64,000 nucleotides of DNA, taken from NCBI GenBank assembly GCA_028023455.1, contig JAQFVV010000001.1, positions 16,244,001 through 16,308,000 on the forward strand. The letters are read 5' to 3'. This document shows positions 1 to 11,170 of the stretch, piece by piece. The number at the start of each line of letters is the position of its first letter. The stretch's first letter is position 1. The DNA comes from Epiperipatus broadwayi (lineage: Eukaryota; Animalia; Onychophora). The position numbers were made by a program, and so were the translations under genes. The notes below the pieces were generated by a model. It searched no databases, was not told the DNA's origin, and was given only the letters and a program-made list of their open reading frames with translations.

Positions 1-2188
1 ATTTGTCCCAGTGCTGGGAGAGGTGATTCACCATATATCATACATAGATCATGTAACCATAATCCTCCCATCTGTGAAGCATCTTCCCCAGCTACACTTG
101 CTTCTAGAACAATGTGCCATCAAGTACCATCTAAAAGTAAATCCAGCAAAAACAGCAGTCTGGAAGGCCAGCAGTGGCAAAACCATTACATCTACCTTCA
201 CAGACACATCCCAAAATTTTCTGGGGCTGCCAGTGGCAATATCACAGTCAGAAAATGAGATGTCAGATAGAATCCATGACACTAGAAAAGTCCAGCAAGG
301 TGGCTGGCACTTTATCCTCAATCTCCCTGTCTCTTGCAGGCAAGGTGACACTATTGAATATGCTAGTCTTCCCTAAATTGCATATTATCGACCATTTATC
401 AAGCTGACCAAGACCTTCCAAAATAACATAGGATCACAGTGTACAAAAGTGCTATGGAAATCATCACCTGGTAGAATTGTTTGTATAAGCCTCAACAGAA
501 TGAGAAAACCCAAGGACTTAAATGGTCTTGGTCTGCATGACATCCAGGTGCTATTCATGCAGGAGTACAACAGCTATTCTGAGGGTAACTAAAGATTTAG
601 AAGGTAGGAACCAACATTCCCCTTCAGTTGAACCCACCGACACTCTGCCACCTAACAAAAACAGGTGGTTAGAAGATATGGAGGATCATGTAGCAGGGCT
701 CATATCTGCCAAAGATCTTTTTGATACAAAGATTAAGTACTGGGATGCATACAAACATATGCATCCCTGTCAGCAGAGTAACACAGTCAGACTAGAATCA
801 ACCTTAAAATTATTAATAAAAAAATCCAAATACTGGTAATTGGACATCAGGCTAGTAAATTTCATTATCAAATTTAATCTGGACACTCTTCTGACCAACC
901 AATTCTTGGTAGATCATAGGGGATTTAAGAGCATTTCTCCCAACTGCCCATTATGTGACCAGGAGGATGAGGACATTGATCATCTTATTTCCCATTGTTC
1001 AAAACTCAGAGACCTGGAAATGAAATTGAGATCTAGTATTAGATCAGGATGGTCTCAGACATTGGTCATCAGCAAGACACTGAGAACTGAGGAATTTGTT
1101 ATAATCCGAATGGCAATCATGATTTTCTTTGCAAAGTGACAGACCAGGTGTCACAGTGTTTTTCAAGACAACTTGGCAAACCCATGGTTAGTCTTCAAGA
1201 AACACCTTTGCAGTCTGAAAAGCAGAGACTATCTTATAACATCACACAGACTGTATGCAGACATGTGAGAACAAATCGCTCTGGATGAGCCAACAATTAT
1301 ACCTCTTAAACTGACATCTAAGTTATAAAATGATTTGTCAACTGAAACTAGAAGAGTGAAAAGGAAATAAAGAAGAGACAAGAAAGAAGAATGAATAAAG
1401 ATAGAAAAAGGATAAGGACAAGAAGAATGAGGGAAAGAGGAAAGAACAATGATAATAGAAAACAGATAAAGCCAATTACCAAATGAAAAATGGCTGCTTG
1501 ATTTGACATGGTGTAATCAAAGACCAAGATAAAACATAAAGCTGCAGAAGATAAAAGAGATATGTAAATTCAAGTTGAATTGTAATCAATGTAAATAAAG
1601 ACTAAAACAAATGTAAATGAATAGAGCTGTAATCTAATGTAATCTCTAGAATCTGTATTCCAAAGATATTATCGATAGTTTGACATAATGTTGTAATCTA
1701 GCTACTTAAGTTTATATACATAAATTGAATATAATATTTGGAACATCAGCAGCTATAAATGTGAACTATCAAATCCTGTCATTATTTCTATAAATTCTAG
1801 GTCTCTATCATGTAAGCTGTTATAAATTTAATAATCCATATTAAATGACATTATCTGGTCTTACCTTGCCAAATGGTAAACAAATGCCATTGTAGTGTGT
1901 CTAAATTCTAGAAGCTCATGATATTGTAAATTTGTCTACATATCAGGATTGAGGACTGATTTTTAATTGCGATCCAAGAATCTTTCATAAATCTGTTTAG
2001 TTACACATTTATGAATCAATCTTATAGCTAATCTAACATTATATTATTTTTTGAGTTTACATTAATAACTCATTTCCACTTCAGTAATTATTATACAAAT
2101 CTATAACTGTTGATTGTAATACTTTTTTTTTAATCAATAAATTATGTGATTTAAAAACAATATAGTAATTTTTACTTAAAAAAAAAAA
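1..2188 (+). mobile_element. 3' part of a decayed non-LTR retrotransposon (L1/Tx1-like): RT C-terminus, zf-RVT-like motif, 3'UTR and A-tail
   Basis: Broken frames 11-1320 give HISYIDHVTII (YADD-like), LKVNPAKT, FLGLPV, PKDLNGLGL (PKxxGGLG-like) and CPLCDQEDEDIDHLISHC. AATAAA at 2136-2141 is followed by A11 at 2178-2188. The 5' end lies outside the window. Confidence 0.8.
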
Positions 2189-2621
2189 CATGCTCACAAG
2201 CATTTTAAAATATATTTTAAAATTAAAGCTTCCCCAAATAATTGATAATAAAAATCATTATATTACATATTAATTTATTTCACTACAAAATAAATAATTG
2301 CATATAAATATCATTATGTGCAAGTCACACACTTTTGTTATAACGTGTTTATGTATCCAAGTAACACAATGCTATATACGGTATATTTAATGTTTGTTTT
2401 AATATGTGCAATTTATATATATAAAATAGAATTTTTCAAATTTTATAAGAGTAAATATTGACAATTTAATGAGGTCTTTTATGTATTTTATTTAATTAGA
2501 GCTCTGTTACAGTGTAGCTAATTAAGCAACCAATTAAAAACTGAATTAGTTTGCTGATTTTAGTTTTAATTGCTTGCTTGATTAGTTGCATCATGACTAA
2601 GTTTTTTTTTCATTTGTCAAA

Positions 2622-2693
2622 TGCATTGGCCAGGAAGCAAACCCGGGCCAGCTGCTTGGAAAGCAGCTACCCTAACTGCTAGTCCCCCGACGC
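2622..2693 (-). pseudogene. tRNA-Gly(TCC) pseudogene
   Basis: The reverse complement is 72 nt, GCGTCGGGGGACTAGCAGTTAGGGTAGCTGCTTTCCAAGCAGCTGGCCCGGGTTTGCTTCCTGGCCAATGCA, collinear with metazoan tRNA-Gly-TCC. The anticodon arm GCTGC-TTTCCAA-GCAGC is intact. The T-loop is TTTGCTT rather than TTCGATT, the D-arm/A-box is damaged, and the acceptor stem has a C-A mismatch. Confidence 0.85.
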
Positions 2694-3583
2694 TTGACTG
2701 AGTTCTAATCAAATAATACGCAAAAGATTTCATTAAACTTTCAATATTCACAAACATATACAAGTATAATGGGAATATATGAACATTCATAGAAAAAAGG
2801 CAGTTTAGTCATCATAGTAATATTAGAGTGGTACACTCTCTAAATTTAAATCATATTTCATTGGAGTTAAACAATTTATTGTATTTCCTGTATTATTATG
2901 GTTGGAGTTTCATCATACATTTGCCTATGTAACAAATTTATTTTATTGTAAATATGTTAATATTTGTATATAATTTGTTATCAAGTATTTCTCTAATAAA
3001 CTTCAGCTATGATATGATTACACAAACAACCAATTAAAATGAATAACATTTCATCTATATATAAAGTTCATAAAAGTCTGTGGAAAAAATTAAGAAATAT
3101 GAGATCATCTACTTTTCATTATATAAAATATGAATATCTGACTTATAAGTATTTTAATATCTATGGTTCTATTTTTAATGTAATAGTACGTCAGATAAAA
3201 ATATTAATAGATAGCATGATTTTAGTTTGTAATTGTTTTTTTTTTTTTTTGCCTAATTGCATTATATCTCAAGTTTATCTAAGTAAATACATGGAAATTC
3301 CTGTTATAATTTTAATATTTCCAATTTATAAAGTTGGTGAAAACCTTCTAGTGCCTACCTCCCTATCTTCCTACCCACTGATCCACCCACCTACCCACCC
3401 ATCTACCTAACTACTTACCCACTCACTCATCTACCCCCTACCCATTCTACTTGACCTGATCTGATTTAATATAATCCAATTTAATCCAGTCTAATTTAGT
3501 CTAATCTAATCTATCTCTCTCTATATATGTATGTTGTTTTATAAAATCTTAAAATGCTATTAATTTTTATTTTATTGTTTTAG

Positions 3584-4798
3584 GAGTTGGTGCAGGATTT
3601 GCTTACACACCCAGCACGGTTATTGTTGGCCAATATTTCGGAAAAAAACGATCATTTGCCAATGGAATTTGTATCGCTGCATCATCTTTAGGTTCATTAG
3701 TGTTTCCTCCATTATTTGACTGGGTAGTAGATGAATACCTTGTTAATGGAGCATGTCTTTTTTTAAGTGGAATTGTTCTGCAAGGATGCATAGGGGCTAT
3801 GCTATTTCGACCCTTAGAAGACAATTATAAAAACAATAACAAAATACAACAAAAGAAAAAAGAGATAGTAAAAAACAAATCTGATAATCCATCAACATTT
3901 TCAAATATTGATGATATTGAATTTAGAACATCAGTTTTACATAAAAAGTTTTATTATTCCAATGCTATTTGTGATATTCAGGATGAAATCAAAGAAATAG
4001 ATGTAAATAATACAGTAAAACAATTTCAAATGTCACCAAAAAATGCAGATTTTCATGATATTTATTTCCTAGACACTTTTAGAAACTATAATAAAGATGA
4101 AGTATTAGTAAAAAATGGATCCATGATTATTAGTGGTAATTCAAAAGACACTTTGGAACCAGTAAATAATATATTTATAGAAAAAAAAGACAATGTACTT
4201 TGTAACGCAAATCTAACAAAAAGTGATGAAATAGAACTGACACACTTTAGAGAGCGTTCTATGAGTATAATCTCTATCACATCATTACATTTACACTCTG
4301 AAGTATTTCCATCTGTACATTCAAAAAAAATTATTAATTTTTCAGTATTAAAAATGCCATTATTTATTATTTTTACATTTAGTTTATTTATTCAGAGTCT
4401 TGGGTTTTTAAGTTATTTTCTCATTCTTCCTGCTTATGCGCAATCTCTAGGACTTGAAAACCACCAAAGATCTTTATTATTAATAATTGAAGCAGCAACA
4501 GAATTTTTAAGTCGTCTTGTTATTGGTTTTATAGCTGACTTTCCTGCTGTAAACAAAAAATATGTTTTTATTGCTGGATTAATTGCAAGTGGGGTAAATA
4601 TAATTTACATGCCATACTTAACAACTCTAGAACAGCTTATTGGTGTCAATGTTGCTATGGGATTATCAATAGGATGTTTTGTTACTATTACACCAACCTT
4701 GTGGGTGGACTTTTTAGGATTAGAAAATCTTCCATCAGCCTGGTCTCTTCACATGGTGTTTGTTGGTTTTGGATATATTATTGGACAACCAAGTGTTG
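3584..4798 (+). CDS. Penultimate coding exon of an SLC16/monocarboxylate-transporter-like MFS protein
   Basis: Acceptor ttgttttag|GA at 3583/3584 and donor GTTG|gtatgt at 4798/4799 give 1215 nt, phase 1 to phase 1, with no stops. It reads GVGAGFAYTPSTVIVGQYFGKKRSFANGICIAASSLGSLVFPPL (SLC16 YFxKRRxxAxG motif), then a long hydrophilic loop, then C-half TM helices. The ORF-track entry 3700-4884 is this exon run on into the intron. Earlier exons were not found in the window. Confidence 0.92.
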
Positions 4799-5010
4799 GT
4801 ATGTTTATAATTAATATATATGAAAATTCAATAATGGATATGTTCATATTAAATTTATTTATAGCATATAAATATATTATTTAGAAAATATTATCTAGGT
4901 GAAAAATGATTTAAAAAACAATCAAATGTTAATGGTAATTTATTATTAATTTCTGTCACTACACGACCTATTCCGTATTTTTTTAAAAACACACACACAT
5001 CCACCCACGC

Positions 5011-5310
5011 AAAATAGAAAATCATATAACATTACAAAACTATACAAAAAACAAAACAAAACAAAACAAAATTTTACTAAAATTCTCTCACCACTATGGT
5101 TTCACCTATTAACAAATTAGTCCTTTTCAAGTGAAATTCAACAATATAAAAACAACTTATTGTTTTCTGTATATATGTTGTTTATATTTAATTGAATTTC
5201 ACTTGAAAAGTTCTATTTGTTAATAGATGAAACTATGGTCCGTAAGCGAATTTTAGTTTAAAAAAATTTTTTTTGTCTAGTTTTTGTAATGTTAAAAGGT
5301 TTTCTATTTT
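5011..5310. repeat. AT-rich foldback/MITE-like inverted repeat
   Basis: AAAATAGAAAATCATATAACATTACAAAAC (5011) pairs with TTTTTGTAATGTTAAAAGGTTTTCTATTTT (ending 5310). Inner arms TTTTCAAGTGAAATTCAA / TTGAATTTCACTTGAAAAG; centre near 5160. Confidence 0.8.
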
Positions 5311-5355
5311 ATTTATCATATAACGCTAGACAGTATTTTATTATATATATATAAT

Positions 5356-5528
5356 TATAAGGGACTTGAACTCAGAATTTCAATCACCCTATAGCTATCC
5401 AATTTATCTTATATAATTGATACACACGACCACATACATGTGAAAAAGATATGGTTATGTATGTCAGTTGTATAAGATAAATTGGATAGCTGTAGAGAGC
5501 TTGAAAGTCTGAATTCAAGTCCCTTATA
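5356..5528. repeat. Hairpin made of two inverted copies of the PLE lineage-2 3' tail
   Basis: Arms TATAAGGGACTTGAACTCAG... and ...CTGAATTCAAGTCCCTTATA, about 85 bp each. The same sequence ends the PLE-2 copy at 31701 (TATAAGGGACTTGAATTCAGACTTTCAA). Confidence 0.75.
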
Positions 5529-7936
5529 AATACATTAAGTTTAGTATAGACAATATACATGTATTTATATATATAAATGAATGGGAAGAAGGTAGTAACA
5601 TTTTATTTTATACTATCTTAATATGAACACATTAAATTTAATATATAACTTTTAAAAAAAATAATATTTAGTGTTTTCAATTGTGAACAATCAGAAATGA
5701 TATTTTCCTGTGCCTCTTTACCACAATGATGATCAATGAATAAATAATTATTTGATTATTTATTTTTATTTAAAAATAATATTATACTTCTTAGAAGTAT
5801 TTTATATATCGTTCACTGTTATAAGATTGTTTCAACTTTTGAGCAACTTGATATTATTAATAAATCAAAATACTATATCTATGACTTGAGCTTATCTTTT
5901 CCATAATAGAAGATTATTTATATTTGTTAAATGTTTTTTAGTTTATTGATATTTAATGTTACAATAAAACATTTGTGATGATTATCCTTAGGATAATCAT
6001 TTTATTGATATAAATTTAATATCTTAAAGTGATTTTTGAATTTGTACCATGATTGACAAAAGTATTTTAATTCTAAAAAGTACTTTATTACAAAGTTTAT
6101 ATTACATTATATGATACATATTTAAATATGCTATGCACAAATCAGGACATTATATTATGAGTTCTCATAACCTAAAGAGAAGATTTAATAAATATAAAAT
6201 CCAATCGTGTTAAATATCTACAAGTTTACAAAAAAAAAAATTTACATGAGCTAACATATAGTGAGAGGTTTTCAAGGTTTAACAATTACAGTGGTGTTGA
6301 TAGCTTTATGTAATTGAAAAGATGTCAGTTAGAGTGAGTAAACCAAAGGGTAAAAAGTAAAAATGTAATTATTCTATGTATGTTGGGAAAAACCCACTAT
6401 TTATACTGCTTATTAAATAAGTGAAAGGAATTTGAGATCTACTAATTGAAACTATTATATTTCAGTATGTTTGTAATGCTGGATAATTATTAAAAAAAAG
6501 TGCTTCATAGTTTCTTTTTCCATATTTTGGCCTCAAATACCAAAATTTAAGTCTATAAATTATCTGTTTATTAATAAATTTCAGTCTAGTTTGTGGTGGA
6601 TTAATCCTTTTTTATTTACCATATGTACCTCAGTATTTAATTTTTGTAGAAAATAATTTTTGATCTGGTGTAATATATTCAGCTAAGGATGTGATTAATC
6701 TTTTAATAAAAGGATTTTTGACTGGTGGTGGTATATCTGATAGATTAATCAGGATAAAGCTTAGAACCTCAGGGTACAAGTTTATAAACTGGGTGATCTT
6801 ATTTATTACCCTCTGAAGATAGTATATTGAGATAGATAATGTGTAATGAGAATCTATTATGTTTGGCATATTTTTGCATTAATTTGATACTAATTGATAT
6901 AGTTTTCTTGTTGAGGTCAATTTACTGCATAGTGAATTTATCTTGTTGATTGTGTATTAGATGGTAGGCATGTAATAGGTTTTTGAGATCAAAGTATTAC
7001 TGAGAGGCACTTTTGCACATATAGATAAATATATTTTAGATAACGAGTTAAATGAGTTTTCTATAAAAGTGAGGAGTTTATTTTGTATTTCAGATCTCAT
7101 TCAAATCTATAAGATCTGAAACTATTATTCTGTATTTTAGATAAAAAAACCCTGTAATACATTAAGTAGTCACTTTTTGCATTGCTTTTATATTTATTAA
7201 TATATTAATTATACAATTTCTACCTCTCTTTTTTATTTCTTAGAACAGTTGTTTTATGTTTAATCAATCAGTAATATAATACTTTCATTGGTAATATGTT
7301 TTGTCATTCTCAGTTGACCGAGATCACTATCTTTTACATATGTCTTTTGTTTATCACCAACTTATTACATTTTGACTTTCAAGCTTATTAATTAAACTAG
7401 AGATTGTCTCTAGCCCAGAATATAAACTTTAAACCTCATTTATAGATTAATATATCTCAGTTTTAATTATACATATAAATGCATGAAATAACTCAATTTC
7501 AATTTTCTGTTTCCATAGATAATAACCTTTTCACATAAGCTTAAAATTTCCACTGCACAGCACATTTTAAAATATATGAACCCCCCCCCCCACTTAAAAC
7601 TATGTCCAAGATGAGCATTTTATGCTGAAATAGAAGTTTTAAGTGTGGCTTAAAAAGATATTACCCATAGAAAAAGAAATGAAGTTGAGATATTCCATAT
7701 ATTTTATATAAATTTAAAAATAAATATATTAATCTTTAATTCAGGTTAAAATTTATATCTGAGCTAGATATAATGTTTAATCTAATAAATTATTATTAAT
7801 AAACTTATCTAAAGTAGTTAGTATAAAAGTTGTAACTGCTGAATGTTTGATATTTATACATCAAACTGTAATAATACATATATAAAATAATTTATTGAAT
7901 TTTGAAAAAGATTGCTCAACAGTTAAAACTGTAAGA

Positions 7937-8237
<301 letters not shown>

Positions 8238-8366
8238 GGCAATGGTAATAATAAAAAAAAAAAAAAGGATGGTTAAATAAAAAAAAAACAAAGCCTCTAA
8301 ATACTTCAAATGATCAAATTTCAATATTAAAATTTGTCCATAAAGTTACTTTCTATATATAAAATT

Positions 8367-8693
8367 AAAAATAATCAATTTAAAACAAAATTGAAATAGG
8401 ACATTTATTTTATATAGCACTACGTTTTTATAAACTGTAATATTAATAAGCCAATAAGCTAATTCACATGCGCTTTGTGGATTTAACTATATAAATGAAT
8501 ACTCTCACTTTATTTGGGTTGAAAAAATAGATGGATTCATTCTATTTTTTCACAAAGACTTTATCTTGTGTTTGGAAAGTGAGAGTATTCATTTGTTAAA
8601 TCTACAAAGCGCATGTGCATTAGCTTATTGGCTTATTAATATTAAAATTGAAATAGATAACTATTTCAATTTTGTTTTAAATTGATTATTTTT
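8367..8693. mobile_element. Foldback MITE-like element, same family as 18496-18711
   Basis: Outer arms AAAAATAATCAATTTAAAACAAAATTGAAATAG / CTATTTCAATTTTGTTTTAAATTGATTATTTTT. Inner arms AATATTAATAAGCCAATAAGCTAATTCACATGCGCTTTG... / ...CAAAGCGCATGTGCATTAGCTTATTGGCTTATTAATATT. Confidence 0.8.
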
Positions 8694-9068
8694 AACAAAA
8701 GACTATGTAAGTTTAATATATTTAACACATCTAATAAATGTTTATATATTATTTATAAAAATATTAATATACTTTCTGAAATATTTATCTGTCATTATAT
8801 AGTAAATAAAATATTTAAACTACTCATTGGTACATTTTATATTTGAGTTCATCATTCATCGGTATATAAAGACTGCATCAAATTTACCATTGCAGTGTTT
8901 TTGTGCATAGTTATTGTTTCAACACTCATCTAATTAACCCAGATTATGGAATTTTTATCATTCTGCTATGAATAATCAAATATCCACTTAATGATCAAAA
9001 TAAATGACTAAATATATTGGCTATGAGCCAATTATCTGGTAAAAAAATTGCTTGGAAAATTCTCAGAT

Positions 9069-9140
9069 AAAAAAAAAAATTCTAAGATTTGAACTCCAGA
9101 TAGTAGTCTTGGCATTCAAATGCTGTAACCAGAACACTAT
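9069..9140 (-). pseudogene. Highly decayed tRNA-like/SINE head
   Basis: The reverse complement has an A-box-like TAGTGTTCTGG and a B-box GGAGTTCAAATC, followed by an oligo-T run. No intact cloverleaf. Confidence 0.35.
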
Positions 9141-9828
9141 GAGAATAATTACCATATTTGCATAATGTCAAAAATATTGGTATCTAATAAACTCTTGTGA
9201 AGAATTAAATGAAAACAGTAGCTAGTTAAAATTAGCAATATAGTACTGTAATTGCAGTTTTAAAATTAGTTTCAAATAACAACTTTATTCACACCTTAAG
9301 AAGATACATATGGATATCATTTAACATCTTTCTTATTATATATTAAAATTAATTAATTAATGTCTTTTAAAAGTATTAATGAAGAGTCTAATATATGGTT
9401 TTACTGTAAACCTATTCAAGCAAGTATAAATACTAAGGCAAAACAGTATTTAAATAATCTACTGTAAGGCAAAAGTTTCTCCAGCAAAAAAAATATTAAA
9501 GAAAATATTATTCACCAGACTTCCAAATATTAGGCGGATAGTTTTATTATTCTCCAATTTTGTTTTACTTTTTAACTTGGATATGAACTGGATATTTTTT
9601 TAAAAAATCTGTTTGAAACCTGAACAGACTCTAGGCATTACTGATTTAGATTCAAACTCCAAGTCAGAAATGACATAGTAAATACTACCACTATTTCACA
9701 AAATCATTTAAGCATATATATGAATACAGATATATAAAACCAATATATAAATATTGATAAATGTATCTATCTATACATAGAATAAATATGTATGTAATAT
9801 ACACACCATTAATATAATTTTTTTTTAG

Positions 9829-9995
9829 GCTACTTAAATGATGCAAGTGGAGATTATCGCCTAGCTTTTGCAATTACAGGTGCAGAGTTTATTTTGGCTG
9901 GTCTTGTGGTATTTTTAGAAAGATTTGTATCCAAACCTAATAATACATATAATGAAAATATTGAAACAGAAGACACCACAAAAGGTGTAGTTTAA
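9829..9995 (+). CDS. Terminal coding exon of the SLC16-like transporter
   Basis: Acceptor ttttttttag|GC at 9828/9829 completes the phase-1 Gly codon. It reads GYLNDASGDYRLAFAITGAEFILAGLVVFLE...TTKGVV* (GxLxDxxGxY, typical before MCT TM12), with stop TAA at 9993-9995. Candidate AATAAA signals at 10076, 10207 and 10221. Confidence 0.9.
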
Positions 9996-10589
9996 AAAAA
10001 AATACATTTAAGAAAGAATAAACTGAGTAAAGCAGCATTTGGTGCAGTTTGAAAGATCATTGGTTGTTACTAATGAATAAAAAAAGTAAATGATTTAAGA
10101 GGATGTATCTTTAAAACCAATCATAAATTTCTACTGTACATAAATTAACATGTGCAATGCACAATATTTCAGTGTTTAGAATAATGTAATGTACTTATAT
10201 TTTTTTAATAAATGTTTTATAATAAAATACTTGTGGTTGCATTTATTTTTATTTTTAATATCTGAAATCCATGAACATTGGGCAAAACTTGGATATGTCT
10301 TATTAAAATTGCTTTATCATATTTCCTTGGTTATTCATAGGGAATGAATAAATTTACAAAAATGGCATTCAAATTTCTTTGGGGGGGGGGGATGTAAATT
10401 TTTTCATTTTAAAATAATTATGCTGAAAATTGAGATAATGCTTTTAAAGATTTATCCATCTTTTTATTTATTTAGACTTAGACAAAGATATCCAGATTAA
10501 TAAAGTTAAAACACTTATTTTAAATTTTTAAAAATTGAAAAGCTGTAGGTTCTGATAAAATATGTTAGTGATAGACTAATTTCAAAACG

Positions 10590-11170
10590 AGATTTTTTAA
10601 ATGATTAAACAGACCTATGAGGATGTTCTATTTGACGTTAAATATGCTGTTACTGTTCCAATTTATGAAATCAAAAGAATAGAAAAGATTGCAATAATTA
10701 TTGTGAAATAGCATTATTATCTATTTCAGAAAAGTATTTTCAAAGATTTTGCTGAATAACTTCGTGAATTATTATGGTCTTAAAAACAGGAAGCAGTATA
10801 GATAATTTTTCATTGCCAGGCAAATGCAAAAAAAAAAAAAAGTATTGGAATCAATTAGTTGATTGTAGACTAAAGTTTGCATTATTACAATTTCTGTATG
10901 ATGGAATGAGGCAATAATTTAATACTTTTAATGGAAATCTAAAATATTTGAAATAAAAACTGGTAATTAAACAAAAATATATACTACAACTTTACTTTTT
11001 ATTTTCGTGACTGTCTTTGAAACAATTTACAAGACAGTTTCATAAAGAAACATATAAACTTGATAATGGAGTTTTAATTTGTATCAATTAAAGGCAAAAA
11101 CAAATCCTATTGGCTTCAAGACTTACAATATGCTAATGATTACTATTATTCTTGGCAATTCAAAAAATAA
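10590..11170 (+). mobile_element. RTE (BovB-like) reverse-transcriptase remnant
   Basis: Broken frames give DCNNYCEIALLSISEK (like DCxNYRGISLLSxxGK), a YDGM motif and YAND (YADD). Confidence 0.65.

Noticed and set aside
3355-3530. Pyrimidine/purine-skewed tract upstream of the SLC16 acceptor as a regulatory element
   Set aside because: It looks like a decayed compound microsatellite (CCTA/CCAT, ATCTA, CT/TA), with no evidence of function.
3700-4884. 394-aa single-exon transporter ORF as called by the track
   Set aside because: It starts at a GTG inside an exon and runs past a good donor. The spliced model (3584-4798 plus 9829-9995) restores the missing terminal helix.
6570-7140. Possible PLE GIY-YIG remnant on the minus strand (QKCLSV...)
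   Set aside because: The similarity is limited to a few residues and could not be extended by eye.
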